Origin: Candidatus Nanoarchaeia archaeon
GTDB taxonomy: Archaea; Nanobdellota; Nanobdellia; Woesearchaeales; GW2011-AR4
Assembly (NCBI GenBank): GCA_035288925.1
Contig: DATDYS010000013.1
Span: forward strand, 22,168-86,167
Length of the DNA stretch: 64,000 bases
Reading direction: 5' to 3'
Position numbers and translations under genes: made by a program. How positions within the stretch are numbered: position 1 is the stretch's first letter; every line of letters begins with the position of its first letter. This document shows positions 40,019 to 49,103 of the stretch, one piece after another. The notes below the pieces were generated by a model. The model searched no databases. It saw only the letters and a list, made by a program, of their open reading frames with translations, and had not been told where the DNA came from.

Positions 40019-41113
40019 ATGCCGGGAAACTCGTTTGGAGAATCATTCAAAATAACAAACTGGGGCGAGAGCCACGGAAAGGCGATTGGAGTGGTCATAG
40101 ATGGGTGTCCGGCACTATTAGAACTGAATGAAGGTTACATACAAAAATTTCTTGACAGAAGAGCGCCAGGCCAAAGCGATATCACAACTCAAAGGCAGGA
40201 GCCTGACAAGGTGGAAATACTTTCAGGACTGTTCAACGGCAGGACAACAGGAACTCCAATCAGCATGATAATCTCCAATAAAGATTACAAAAAAGAAGAC
40301 TACAAGGAGATTGCAGCAGCCTTCAGGCCCAGCCATGCGGACTTTACGTACCAAAAAAAGTTTGGAATCAGGGACATGTCCGGCGGAGGAAGAAGCTCGG
40401 CAAGATTGACCGCAGGAAATGTCGCAGCAGGGGCAATTGCATACAAGATACTGAATGAAAGGTTTGGCGTTGAAGTGGTTGCTTATGTAAAGCAGATTAA
40501 AGATGTACAAGCTGAAATTGATTCTGAAAAAGTTTCAAAAAAAGACGTTGACTCAAACATTGTCAGGTGTCCGGACAAAACTGCGGCAAAGCAGATGATT
40601 GAATTAATTGAAAATGCAAAAGACAAGGGAGATTCCGTAGGCGGAATAATAGAATGCATCATAAGAAACGCCCCAATCGGACTGGGAGAGCCGATTTTTG
40701 ACAAGCTGGAAGCGGATTTGGCAAAGGCAATGCTCTGCATCAATGCAACAAAGGGCTTTGAAATAGGCTCCGGGTTTGAAGGGACTAAATTATTCGGCAG
40801 CCAGCATAATGATGCCTTCGTGATGAAAAACGGAAAAGTTGAAACAAAAACAAACAACTCAGGCGGGGTCCAGGGAGGAATTTCAAACGGAATGCCAATC
40901 ATCTTTAGAGTCGCATTCAAGCCCACATCTACAATTCAAAAAGAGCAGGATACTATTGACATCAAAGGAAAGTCAGTAAAATTAGCCGCTAAGGGGCGCC
41001 ATGACCCATGCGTTTTGCCCAGGGCAGTCCCGATTGTCGAGGCAATGGCTTCTCTTGTCCTGTGCGACCATTACTTAAGGCAAAGGGCGCAGAACGGTGA
41101 TAAATTTGATTGA
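40019..41113 (+). CDS. aroC: Chorismate synthase
   Basis: GESHG, RPSHAD, GGRSSAR, GGISNG, RHDPC. Confidence 0.96.
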   Translation: MPGNSFGESFKITNWGESHGKAIGVVIDGCPALLELNEGYIQKFLDRRAPGQSDITTQRQEPDKVEILSGLFNGRTTGTPISMIISNKDYKKEDYKEIAAAFRPSHADFTYQKKFGIRDMSGGGRSSARLTAGNVAAGAIAYKILNERFGVEVVAYVKQIKDVQAEIDSEKVSKKDVDSNIVRCPDKTAAKQMIELIENAKDKGDSVGGIIECIIRNAPIGLGEPIFDKLEADLAKAMLCINATKGFEIGSGFEGTKLFGSQHNDAFVMKNGKVETKTNNSGGVQGGISNGMPIIFRVAFKPTSTIQKEQDTIDIKGKSVKLAAKGRHDPCVLPRAVPIVEAMASLVLCDHYLRQRAQNGDKFD

Positions 41114-42116
41114 TGAGCTAAGAAAGGCAATTGATGGGCTGGATGAAAAAATATTAAATCTGCTTTCCAAAAGGAAAAATTTAGCTAAGGAAGTTGCGAA
41201 ACTAAAGGAAAATCTGGACTTGCCTGTTTTTGACAAAAAAAGGGAAGAGGAAATATTAAAAAATATTTCCGGCAGGGCAAAGCAGTTGGGACTTGATGTG
41301 AATTCTGTTTCAGATGTATTTAACGCAATCTTCCGGGGCTCGAGAAGCGAGCAGCAAAAGCAGATGGGCAAAGTTGAATGCAGCGTCAAAAAAATAGGAC
41401 TAATCGGCTTTGGAAGATTCGGAAAATTGATAGTAAGGCATCTTTCAGGCGACTTTGATTTTTATGTTTATGACAGATTGGCAAACAAGAATGAAATAAA
41501 AAATAATAATGCAGTCCCATCATCACTAAAGGAATTATGCCGGCTGGATATTATAATCTTAGCTGTCCCAATTTCAGAGATTAAATCTGTTTTGAATGAC
41601 ATCAAAAATTTATTAAAAAAAGATGCATTGGTTGTGGATGTCTGCTCGGTGAAAGAATACCCTATTAAATTAATGAAAAATATTTTGCCAAAAAGCGTGC
41701 AGATTCTTGGGACTCATTCAATGTTCGGGCCCGATACCGCCTACGACTCATTGGAGGAAAAAAAAATAGTATTGTGCAAAGTCAGGATTCAAAATAATCT
41801 TTATCTGCAAATCAAAAGATTTCTTGAAAGTAAGCAGCTTGCAGTTATCGAGGCAACTGCGCAGCAGCATGATGCGGAAATGGCAAAATCGCTTGTGCTG
41901 ACTCATTTTATCGGAAGAGCACTTATGGATATAGGAGTTTCTGATATGGAAATTGATACAAAAAGTTACAGGGATTTGCTCAGAATTTTAGATACTGTAA
42001 AAAATGACACATGGCAGCTTTTTGAGGATATGAATAAATTCAACAAATATTCAAAAGGAGTGAGAAAGGATTTAATCAAGTCGTTAAGCAACGTGGAGAA
42101 AAAATTATCAAAATGA
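41097..42116 (+). CDS. tyrA: Chorismate mutase-prephenate dehydrogenase
   Basis: Aro[15 protein letters not shown] followed by GFGRFG, DVCSVK, HSMFGP. Confidence 0.9.
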   Translation: MINLIDELRKAIDGLDEKILNLLSKRKNLAKEVAKLKENLDLPVFDKKREEEILKNISGRAKQLGLDVNSVSDVFNAIFRGSRSEQQKQMGKVECSVKKIGLIGFGRFGKLIVRHLSGDFDFYVYDRLANKNEIKNNNAVPSSLKELCRLDIIILAVPISEIKSVLNDIKNLLKKDALVVDVCSVKEYPIKLMKNILPKSVQILGTHSMFGPDTAYDSLEEKKIVLCKVRIQNNLYLQIKRFLESKQLAVIEATAQQHDAEMAKSLVLTHFIGRALMDIGVSDMEIDTKSYRDLLRILDTVKNDTWQLFEDMNKFNKYSKGVRKDLIKSLSNVEKKLSK

Positions 42117-42931
42117 AAATAGCATACCAGGGAATCAAGGGGGCTTACAGCGAGGCAGCTGTCTACAAGCATTTTGGAGACAAAGCAGAATCTGCCGGGT
42201 TTGATACTTTTGAGGAAGTGTTTGAAGCAGTCAAATCAGGCAAAGTGGATTATGGAGTTGTGCCTGTTGACAACACAATAGCTGGAACTGTTGCTGCAAA
42301 CTGCGATTTGCTTTTAAAGCACGATGTTTATGTGATTGCGGAGATTTATTTGGATATCCATCATAATCTGCTTTCGCATAAAGGAACTTCATTGAAAGAT
42401 TTGAAAATTATTTATTCGCATCCCCACGCGCTGGAGCAGTGCAGGGAATTCATTAAAAAGCATAAATTAAAGTCAGTGCCGGAATATGACACTGCGGGAG
42501 CTGCAAAAATAATAAAGGAAAGAAACAAGAAAGACGAGGCTGCCATAGCTTCCGAATTCTGTGCCAAAATTTATGGTTTGGGTATAATTGAAAAAAATAT
42601 TTCAACTGCAAAGAACAACATTACAAAATTTTTTGTTTTTGTCAACAGCGATAAAATTCCCAAAAATATCAAGCAGGAAAAAACAAGCATTGTTTTCAGG
42701 ACAAAGCATTACCCGGGAGCATTGATCAACTGCCTTCAGAGGCTGGCAAAGCATGATATTAACCTGACCAAGCTTGAATCAAGGCCGGTTCCTGAAAATC
42801 CATGGGAGTATTCTTTCTATGCGGACTTTGAAGGCGGAGTCGAGGACGAAAAGGTAAAGCTTGCATTAAGCGAGATGGAAGCTTCTTGTGAATTCTTAAA
42901 GGTGCTTGGAAGCTATCCGAAAGGAAAATGA
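42113..42931 (+). CDS. pheA: Prephenate dehydratase
   Basis: AYQGIKGAYSE, SHPHALEQC, NLTKLESRP. Confidence 0.94.
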   Translation: MKIAYQGIKGAYSEAAVYKHFGDKAESAGFDTFEEVFEAVKSGKVDYGVVPVDNTIAGTVAANCDLLLKHDVYVIAEIYLDIHHNLLSHKGTSLKDLKIIYSHPHALEQCREFIKKHKLKSVPEYDTAGAAKIIKERNKKDEAAIASEFCAKIYGLGIIEKNISTAKNNITKFFVFVNSDKIPKNIKQEKTSIVFRTKHYPGALINCLQRLAKHDINLTKLESRPVPENPWEYSFYADFEGGVEDEKVKLALSEMEASCEFLKVLGSYPKGK

Positions 42932-42975
42932 CAGGGAACATTTATAAACAAAAAATCAATTCGAGTTCTTATCAC

Positions 42976-43207
42976 GCCGGGGTCGCATAACCTGGTCAAT
43001 ATTCGAAGATGTTGAATCTTCAATATTCAGGAAATTGCGCAAGCCTGGAAAGCTTGTTTCCGAAAGGATATCTGGGTTCAAAACAACCTTTTCTTTTGCA
43101 AAGAAAAGCTTGACCAAAAGAAAGGCACTCACGAGGTGGTGGGGCAAACCCCACTGGCTTAATGTTGCTTTCACACGGAAAGGTTGCTGAAATTCCCAGC
43201 TCCGGCG
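42976..43207 (+). tRNA. tRNA-Ser(GGA) with D-loop intron (37 nt) and T-loop intron (111 nt)
   Basis: Acceptor GCCGGGG/CTCCGGC+G, anticodon stem CAAGC/GCTTG, GGA 43047-43049, long variable arm; introns 42997-43033 (CCTG/CAGG helix) and 43083-43193 (TTCA/TGAA helix). Confidence 0.9.
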
Positions 43208-43262
43208 TTTTTAATTTTAATTCTTTGAGAGGTTATAGGCCAATTTTCAAAAGATATTACTG

Positions 43263-43970
43263 CTAAAATCCCCTGTTATTCCCCCATAAATGAATGTGCA
43301 GCCTATCGCTGAAATTAAAACCATGCTCTTTGCATAGTTCAATGAGCCATCTGCTTCTTTCTCTTATAGTTTCACTGTTATCCCCTTCAGGCATCAAGTA
43401 AACTTTGCCGGCTGGAATTGCAAGCTGGGTTCGCAGTTCAGAGACATCATCTAAATCCTCTGGAGATGCTACCACAAATTTTAATTGGTAATCATGCCTT
43501 GCCATAAATTTAGATAGTGCTTCAAGGTTTCTCATTAACCTTCTGTGCCTTGCCTCATACCTAGATCCTAAAGGAATACTGTTTTCCATTTTTGGTGATA
43601 TGCTCATATAAATTTGAGTCGGCAATTCCTTAAATATACTTCCATTGGTCTCCACTGTAACCTGATAGCCTGATTCTGTAAGCATTCTGGCAAGCTCAGG
43701 AAGATCCTTTTGTAAAAATGGTTCACCGCCTGTAATTACAACATGCCTTGCCGGGGTTTTTGCTGCCTGCCCCACTAATTCTTCCAATGGCACAAAACTG
43801 CCCTTAGGCTCCCACGATGTGTAGGGCGTGTCGCATTTTGTAACTTCCCCAGTTCTTTGGTCTCTCCACTCGCATCTTAAATTGCAGCCGGAACTTCTGA
43901 TAAAAAAAGATGGCACGCCTATATGTTTTCCTTCGCCCTGCACCGAGTAAAAAGTTTCTGCAACGTACAT
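43263..43970 (-). CDS. queE: 7-carboxy-7-deazaguanine synthase QueE (radical SAM)
   Basis: FYSVQGEG, GCNLRC..CDT, ITGGEP, VETNG, ISPK, RLH. Confidence 0.9.
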   Translation of the reverse strand: MYVAETFYSVQGEGKHIGVPSFFIRSSGCNLRCEWRDQRTGEVTKCDTPYTSWEPKGSFVPLEELVGQAAKTPARHVVITGGEPFLQKDLPELARMLTESGYQVTVETNGSIFKELPTQIYMSISPKMENSIPLGSRYEARHRRLMRNLEALSKFMARHDYQLKFVVASPEDLDDVSELRTQLAIPAGKVYLMPEGDNSETIRERSRWLIELCKEHGFNFSDRLHIHLWGNNRGF

Positions 43971-44086
43971 AAACCTAAGGATAGGCGACCAATATTTAAA
44001 TTTTTTTAATTATTACTACTTGGGAGTTGAATCACACATAAGATTTATAAGTTAATCATCATTAATATCACTTTCTTGGGGGGTTT

Positions 44087-45043
44087 ATGCAGTATGAAAA
44101 ATTAGTTGAAATATCTGACAGAGTGCTCGTTTCGCCTAGGGACATAGAGCAAATGCTCTTTATCTTAAGAGGAGGCCCTACAAAACAGATTGAGATTCAA
44201 AGGAGACTGGGTTTTCCAAAATCGGCTATGCAAATTCTGCCGGTTGAGCTTAGCGATTTAATAACCAGGGAAGGGGACCGGTTCAGCTTAAGACAGAACG
44301 CTCAAGATGAAGTCGATGAGCTGCAAAGCAGAAGGGCGGGCTTTGATGCGCAGGTTGAGGCAAGATTAAGCTATGCAGTTGAAGAATTAAAATCGGTAGA
44401 GCAATCGAGGGACAGGTCTTACAGAAATTTTGACCAGTTCAGGGCTGTTCCGGAATCAACTGTTGCTAAAGTAGGCCTGATATATCAGCGCGGTGATTTG
44501 GAGTCAAGAGATATAATCCTTATTGGTGACAATGATTTAGCTGCGGTTGCGGCAGGATTTACAGGCGTTCCAAAAAAAATAACTGTCCTAGACATAGACA
44601 AAAAAATTCTTGATTTATTGGAGGAATTAAACAGGCAGCACTCTCTAAATATAGAAACTGTATGCTACAACGCGAAAAGCCCATTTCCGAACAGCTTAAA
44701 ATCACAATATTCTGTTGCAGTCACAGACCCGCCTTATACGCCTGAAGGGATCTCGCTGTTTGTGTCAAGATGCATTGGGGCATTGGGGAGAAAAAATGGA
44801 GTTATTTACCTTTCATATGGGTATAGCCCTAGAGCTGCTGAAAGGGCATTGCCAATTCAGGACGCTCTGACTAAAATGGGGCTGGTGATTGAGGAAGTAA
44901 AGCCGGGCTTCACAAAATATTATGCTGCACAGTCAATCGGATCATCATCTGCTCTTTACGTGTGTAGGATGACGCCAAGGTCTAAACCAATTATCAGCGG
45001 AAAGTTTACCGGTGACATTTATACAAAAACAAGGCCTAAGTGA
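44087..45043 (+). CDS. BpsA-like (DUF43) aminopropyltransferase or methyltransferase
   Basis: FDQ, GDL..IILIGDNDL, VLDIDKKIL, TDPPYTPEG. Confidence 0.8.
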   Translation: MQYEKLVEISDRVLVSPRDIEQMLFILRGGPTKQIEIQRRLGFPKSAMQILPVELSDLITREGDRFSLRQNAQDEVDELQSRRAGFDAQVEARLSYAVEELKSVEQSRDRSYRNFDQFRAVPESTVAKVGLIYQRGDLESRDIILIGDNDLAAVAAGFTGVPKKITVLDIDKKILDLLEELNRQHSLNIETVCYNAKSPFPNSLKSQYSVAVTDPPYTPEGISLFVSRCIGALGRKNGVIYLSYGYSPRAAERALPIQDALTKMGLVIEEVKPGFTKYYAAQSIGSSSALYVCRMTPRSKPIISGKFTGDIYTKTRPK

Positions 45044-46759
45044 ATGTTTATGCAGGAAGAATTTATAATCGGAATAAATGGATGGCAAGTCAGAGGCCAT
45101 GATGCTTCAGCAGCATTGATTAAATGCAAAACTGATGGCTTAGTGGAAATAGTTGCGGCTGCGGAGGAAGAACGATTTTTGGGTGTTAAGCATGCATATG
45201 ACACTTTGCCACTACACGCTGTCCAATTCTGCTTAGACGCAGCAGGAATTCAGCCGGAGGATTTAAGTTCTATTGCAGTTCCTTTTGAATATCCAAAAAT
45301 ATATGAAACACGGGGCTTAAGGTTTGATGTCAGTAATTCAAAATTAAGGAAAATCCTGTTTCCAAATCTTACACAAGCCAATAAGCCAGAAATATTTTAC
45401 GTGAATCACCACCTTGCCCATGCAGTCAGTGCATTTGCCCCATCTATGTCAAACTCCTCTCTTGTAATGGTTATAGACGGGCAAGGGGAATTTGAATCCT
45501 CAACGATATGGAGTGTAGGTAACAGAGGAAAACAAATTCAAAAAATTGCATCTTCAGATATTGCATCTTCACTAGGGTATTTTTATGAAGCCCTGACAGA
45601 ATTTATAGGATTTCAGCCGAACGAACCGGGAAAAACAATGGGCCTTGCCCCATATGGAAATCCGGAGAGATATAAAGGGAAGATTAATAATTTATTTGTT
45701 GTTAATGGAGGGGTAATCACGGTGCAGGGCCCGGAATTAAAATTTGGTTTGGCTGTCGGAGATTATCTTCCAATAGATGAGCAGCATCAGGTAAGATTGT
45801 TCTGGTTAAAAAAATTTTCTGAGATAACTGGAATGAACCCTAATGACAACTCCAGGAAGTATTCATTTAGAAATTTCCCTAAAGGCTATGCAGATTTGGC
45901 TGCATCTGGACAAAGAGTTCTTGAAGAAGTTGTAGTTACATTAGCGGCTCAGGCACAGAATTTAACACAATCAAAAAATGCCGGCATTGCAGGCGGTGTT
46001 GGATTAAATTGTGTAGCAAATGGGCTAATCGCTGAATCAGGGCTTTTTGACAGAATATATGTTCAGCCCGCATCAAACGATGCCGGCACATCCTTGGGGG
46101 CGGCATTAGAGGTAGCCAGACAAAAAGGTTATGGTATTCACAATGTGCCTATGGCCCCTTACCTGGGCTTAAGTGTTAGTAATCAGGATATACTAAAAAT
46201 TTTGACAAGATCCAATTATAATTTTATTATTTGTGATGACGCCTACAGATTTATCGCTGACCTAGTAGCAAATGGTAAGGTGGTTGGATTATTCCAGGGA
46301 AGAGCAGAATTTGGCCCTAGGGCATTAGGCAACAGGTCATTTATTGCAGATGCCAGGCAGGCAAGCATGCAGGATTATATTAATCAGCATGTAAAGGGCA
46401 GAGAAGAAGGCAGGCCGCTTGCACCTGCGGTTCTGGATTCAGATTCTGAGTACTTATTTGGCCAAACTGTAAATGCGCCGCATATGACAGTGGCATATCA
46501 AATCCAAGAGGGATTGGACGCAGTCACGCATGTTGACGGCACGACAAGGCCGCAGATAGTAACTGCTGCATCCAATAGCTCGTTTTACCGTCAGCTGCAG
46601 GCGGTTCAGAATAAGATAGGGATTGGTGCAGTAATCAACACTTCATTAAATTTGAATGGCCCGATAGTAAATACGCCTCAGCAGGCACTGAGATTATTGG
46701 AAACAACGGGAGCTGAGGCAATTGTATTCAACAACAGATATTTGGTGAGGCGAAAATGA
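45044..46759 (+). CDS. Carbamoyltransferase (NodU/CmcH/TobZ family)
   Basis: HDASAAL, EEERF, HHLAHA, IDGQGE, GKTMGLAPYG, AGGVGLNC, EFGPRALGNRS, HVDGTTRPQ, NTSLN. Confidence 0.93.
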   Translation: MFMQEEFIIGINGWQVRGHDASAALIKCKTDGLVEIVAAAEEERFLGVKHAYDTLPLHAVQFCLDAAGIQPEDLSSIAVPFEYPKIYETRGLRFDVSNSKLRKILFPNLTQANKPEIFYVNHHLAHAVSAFAPSMSNSSLVMVIDGQGEFESSTIWSVGNRGKQIQKIASSDIASSLGYFYEALTEFIGFQPNEPGKTMGLAPYGNPERYKGKINNLFVVNGGVITVQGPELKFGLAVGDYLPIDEQHQVRLFWLKKFSEITGMNPNDNSRKYSFRNFPKGYADLAASGQRVLEEVVVTLAAQAQNLTQSKNAGIAGGVGLNCVANGLIAESGLFDRIYVQPASNDAGTSLGAALEVARQKGYGIHNVPMAPYLGLSVSNQDILKILTRSNYNFIICDDAYRFIADLVANGKVVGLFQGRAEFGPRALGNRSFIADARQASMQDYINQHVKGREEGRPLAPAVLDSDSEYLFGQTVNAPHMTVAYQIQEGLDAVTHVDGTTRPQIVTAASNSSFYRQLQAVQNKIGIGAVINTSLNLNGPIVNTPQQALRLLETTGAEAIVFNNRYLVRRK

Positions 46760-47640
46760 GCGACGAAACAAGAAATTCAGTAGTCAGATTAAATCAGCAT
46801 TTTTTAAGGGATAGTTCTGCTCTCGAGCAGATTGTTTCATTATCGGAAATCGAGCCGCAGGAAACAGTATTGGAAATAGGGCCCGGGCAAGGTTCTTTGA
46901 CTGGCAGAATAGCTGAGCGTGCTAAAAAAGTAGTAGCTATTGAAGCAGACGCAAGATTAAAAGCCGATTTGGATGCACTTCAAGCCCAGTATCCGAATGT
47001 CAGCGTGGTATATGGCGATGCAATTGAAATGAGATTTCCAAAGTTTGATAGGATGGTAGCTAACATACCGTTTAACATCACAGAGCCATTGATTACAAAA
47101 TTAATGGGGGAGAAATTTGTTGGCGCTTATTTACTGGTGGGGGAGAGTTTTGCAGATAATTGCACGACCATGGGAGGCTACACGACCAGGCTGGGATTAT
47201 TGACCAGGGCTTATTTTAAGACGGAGCAGCTGCTTCAAGTTCCAAAAGAAAGCTTTGATCCAATTCCGTCAACTGACGGTGTTTTAATATCACTCAGTCC
47301 AGTTAAAAAAAGCGATCTTCGGGAAGATTTTCCGCTTTACATGCTGCACTGCATGTGGGATCAAAGAACCAAACCATTGAAAGATGCTCTTTCATCTGCA
47401 TTGTACCAATATGCCTCAGGTAAAATTACGGGGGAGATAGACGTAAGCAGGGTGATAAGAGATTTTGAAAGGGATCACTCCGGAATTATAAATAGAAGAG
47501 TTGATGCGATAGGAAACACTGAATTTTTAGATTTATATCACGGATTGTCCGGAATGAAACTAAATAAATTATTTGGAAGGCACAAGCCAAGAGGCGGTGC
47601 GCAAAACTGGAGAAAAACTTATGCAGAACACCTTAGATAA
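46756..47640 (+). CDS. KsgA/Erm-like adenine dimethyltransferase, divergent
   Basis: QHFL, VLEIGPGQGSLT, IEAD, ANIPFNIT, F.P.P. Confidence 0.85.
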   Translation: MSDETRNSVVRLNQHFLRDSSALEQIVSLSEIEPQETVLEIGPGQGSLTGRIAERAKKVVAIEADARLKADLDALQAQYPNVSVVYGDAIEMRFPKFDRMVANIPFNITEPLITKLMGEKFVGAYLLVGESFADNCTTMGGYTTRLGLLTRAYFKTEQLLQVPKESFDPIPSTDGVLISLSPVKKSDLREDFPLYMLHCMWDQRTKPLKDALSSALYQYASGKITGEIDVSRVIRDFERDHSGIINRRVDAIGNTEFLDLYHGLSGMKLNKLFGRHKPRGGAQNWRKTYAEHLR

Positions 47641-47641
47641 A

Positions 47642-48298
47642 ATGGCCAACATAACTGTTTTGGCTCCGCACATAGACGATGAGATTATCGGAGCAGGAGG
47701 AAGCATAGCAAAGCATATTGATTTGGGCAACGCAGTTAGGGTTATCTATGTGCATTCAGGCGATACCCATGATGAAGTTCAAGTAAGAGAAAGCGAAGCT
47801 GCCAGAGTGGCAGATTTTCTTGGAATAAAGGATTCACATTTCTTAAGGCAGAGGCCAACATCAATCTCCAATAAGTCAGTTGAAGAAATAGTCGGACTAT
47901 TAAGAAAACAATCAACGGATTTTCTGTATGCCCCCCATCTGGATGATGGAGATACTGAGCACGTTGCAGTTTCTCAGCTCGCCCACAGGCTTTTGTGGCT
48001 GACAAACGGAGAATATTTTAAAGAACAGAATGGGCAAGGACGCTTGAAAGGATTGTTTTTGTATGAAGTTCACAGGCCAATTAGCCAAGTACATTATTTG
48101 GAAGACATTACAAAATATGAAAATAAAAAAATTGCTGCAATCAGATTATTTGAATCACAAGTAGCGAGGGTTAGATATGATTTAAGCGCTGTTCACCTCA
48201 ATAGGTACAGGGGCATAACTACCGAAGTTGCGCCTTCTGTCGAATCTTTCCAAATTGCAGGCGCAAGAAATTTTTTTGAACTTTTCAGGAGCAGATAA
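47642..48298 (+). CDS. PIG-L/LmbE family deacetylase
   Basis: LAPHIDDE..GAGG, R..E, FESQ; second metal motif atypical (DTEH). Confidence 0.85.
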   Translation: MANITVLAPHIDDEIIGAGGSIAKHIDLGNAVRVIYVHSGDTHDEVQVRESEAARVADFLGIKDSHFLRQRPTSISNKSVEEIVGLLRKQSTDFLYAPHLDDGDTEHVAVSQLAHRLLWLTNGEYFKEQNGQGRLKGLFLYEVHRPISQVHYLEDITKYENKKIAAIRLFESQVARVRYDLSAVHLNRYRGITTEVAPSVESFQIAGARNFFELFRSR

Positions 48299-48300
48299 TA

Positions 48301-49098
48301 ATGGACTTGTCTATTGTAATACCAGTTCACGATGATATAAGGGTTGAAAGATGCGTGAATAGCATTGACGAAAATGTTGAAGTTGTGCTTGCACTGAACA
48401 GGCCAACTGAAGAAGTTAAAGGAATTGCCAAAAAATTGGGAGTTAAATCAGTTAATGTTCCGGAACAAAATCTGGGCATGTGTTATAATTATGGCATGGA
48501 CGCTTCCACCTCTGAAAATGTTCTTTTTATGGACAGTGATTGTGTTTTTGCTCCGCGCACAATCGAAAGAGTTTATAGTGCAAAAACATCGCATCCGGAT
48601 GCGCTGATAAGAGGAAATGTAGTATATCTCACAGATTCTATTCAGTCCAGAATAACAAAAGCCGGGCGCGATGTGACAACAATTAATGTCCCTTATGCAT
48701 TTATCCCACTGCTTTTATTGGACAAAGGTGTTTTTTCCAGGATAAATGACGGGCGCAGATTTGCAGAAGATGTGGGCTGGACCGCGGATTATGAATTTGA
48801 ACTCCGAAGATCAAAAGCAGGAATACCTTTAGTACAGGTTCCAGAAGCCAGGATATTCCATGACCCCATGACTATTGCCTCCGATTTAAGGAGCGCTTTC
48901 AAATATGGCACTGGAAAAAGGATAAGGCATGAAAGGACAGGCGAACACACCAATTTCCTTGAAGTGTTGAAAGAGCCAATACTCAGAGGTTTTAGGGAAG
49001 GCGGATTTGTTGCTGGAGCTTATTTGATTGTATGGAAATCGGCTTTATATTCTGGCTACTATTCACAAAAATATGGATTAAACCAAACTAAAAGGTGA
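48301..49098 (+). CDS. Glycosyltransferase family 2
   Basis: LSIVIPVH, N.G, FMDSD. Confidence 0.85.
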   Translation: MDLSIVIPVHDDIRVERCVNSIDENVEVVLALNRPTEEVKGIAKKLGVKSVNVPEQNLGMCYNYGMDASTSENVLFMDSDCVFAPRTIERVYSAKTSHPDALIRGNVVYLTDSIQSRITKAGRDVTTINVPYAFIPLLLLDKGVFSRINDGRRFAEDVGWTADYEFELRRSKAGIPLVQVPEARIFHDPMTIASDLRSAFKYGTGKRIRHERTGEHTNFLEVLKEPILRGFREGGFVAGAYLIVWKSALYSGYYSQKYGLNQTKR

Positions 49099-49103
49099 TT
49101 TAA

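Noticed and set aside
42956..43174. 72-aa minus-strand ORF
   Set aside because: Overlaps the intron-containing tRNA-Ser
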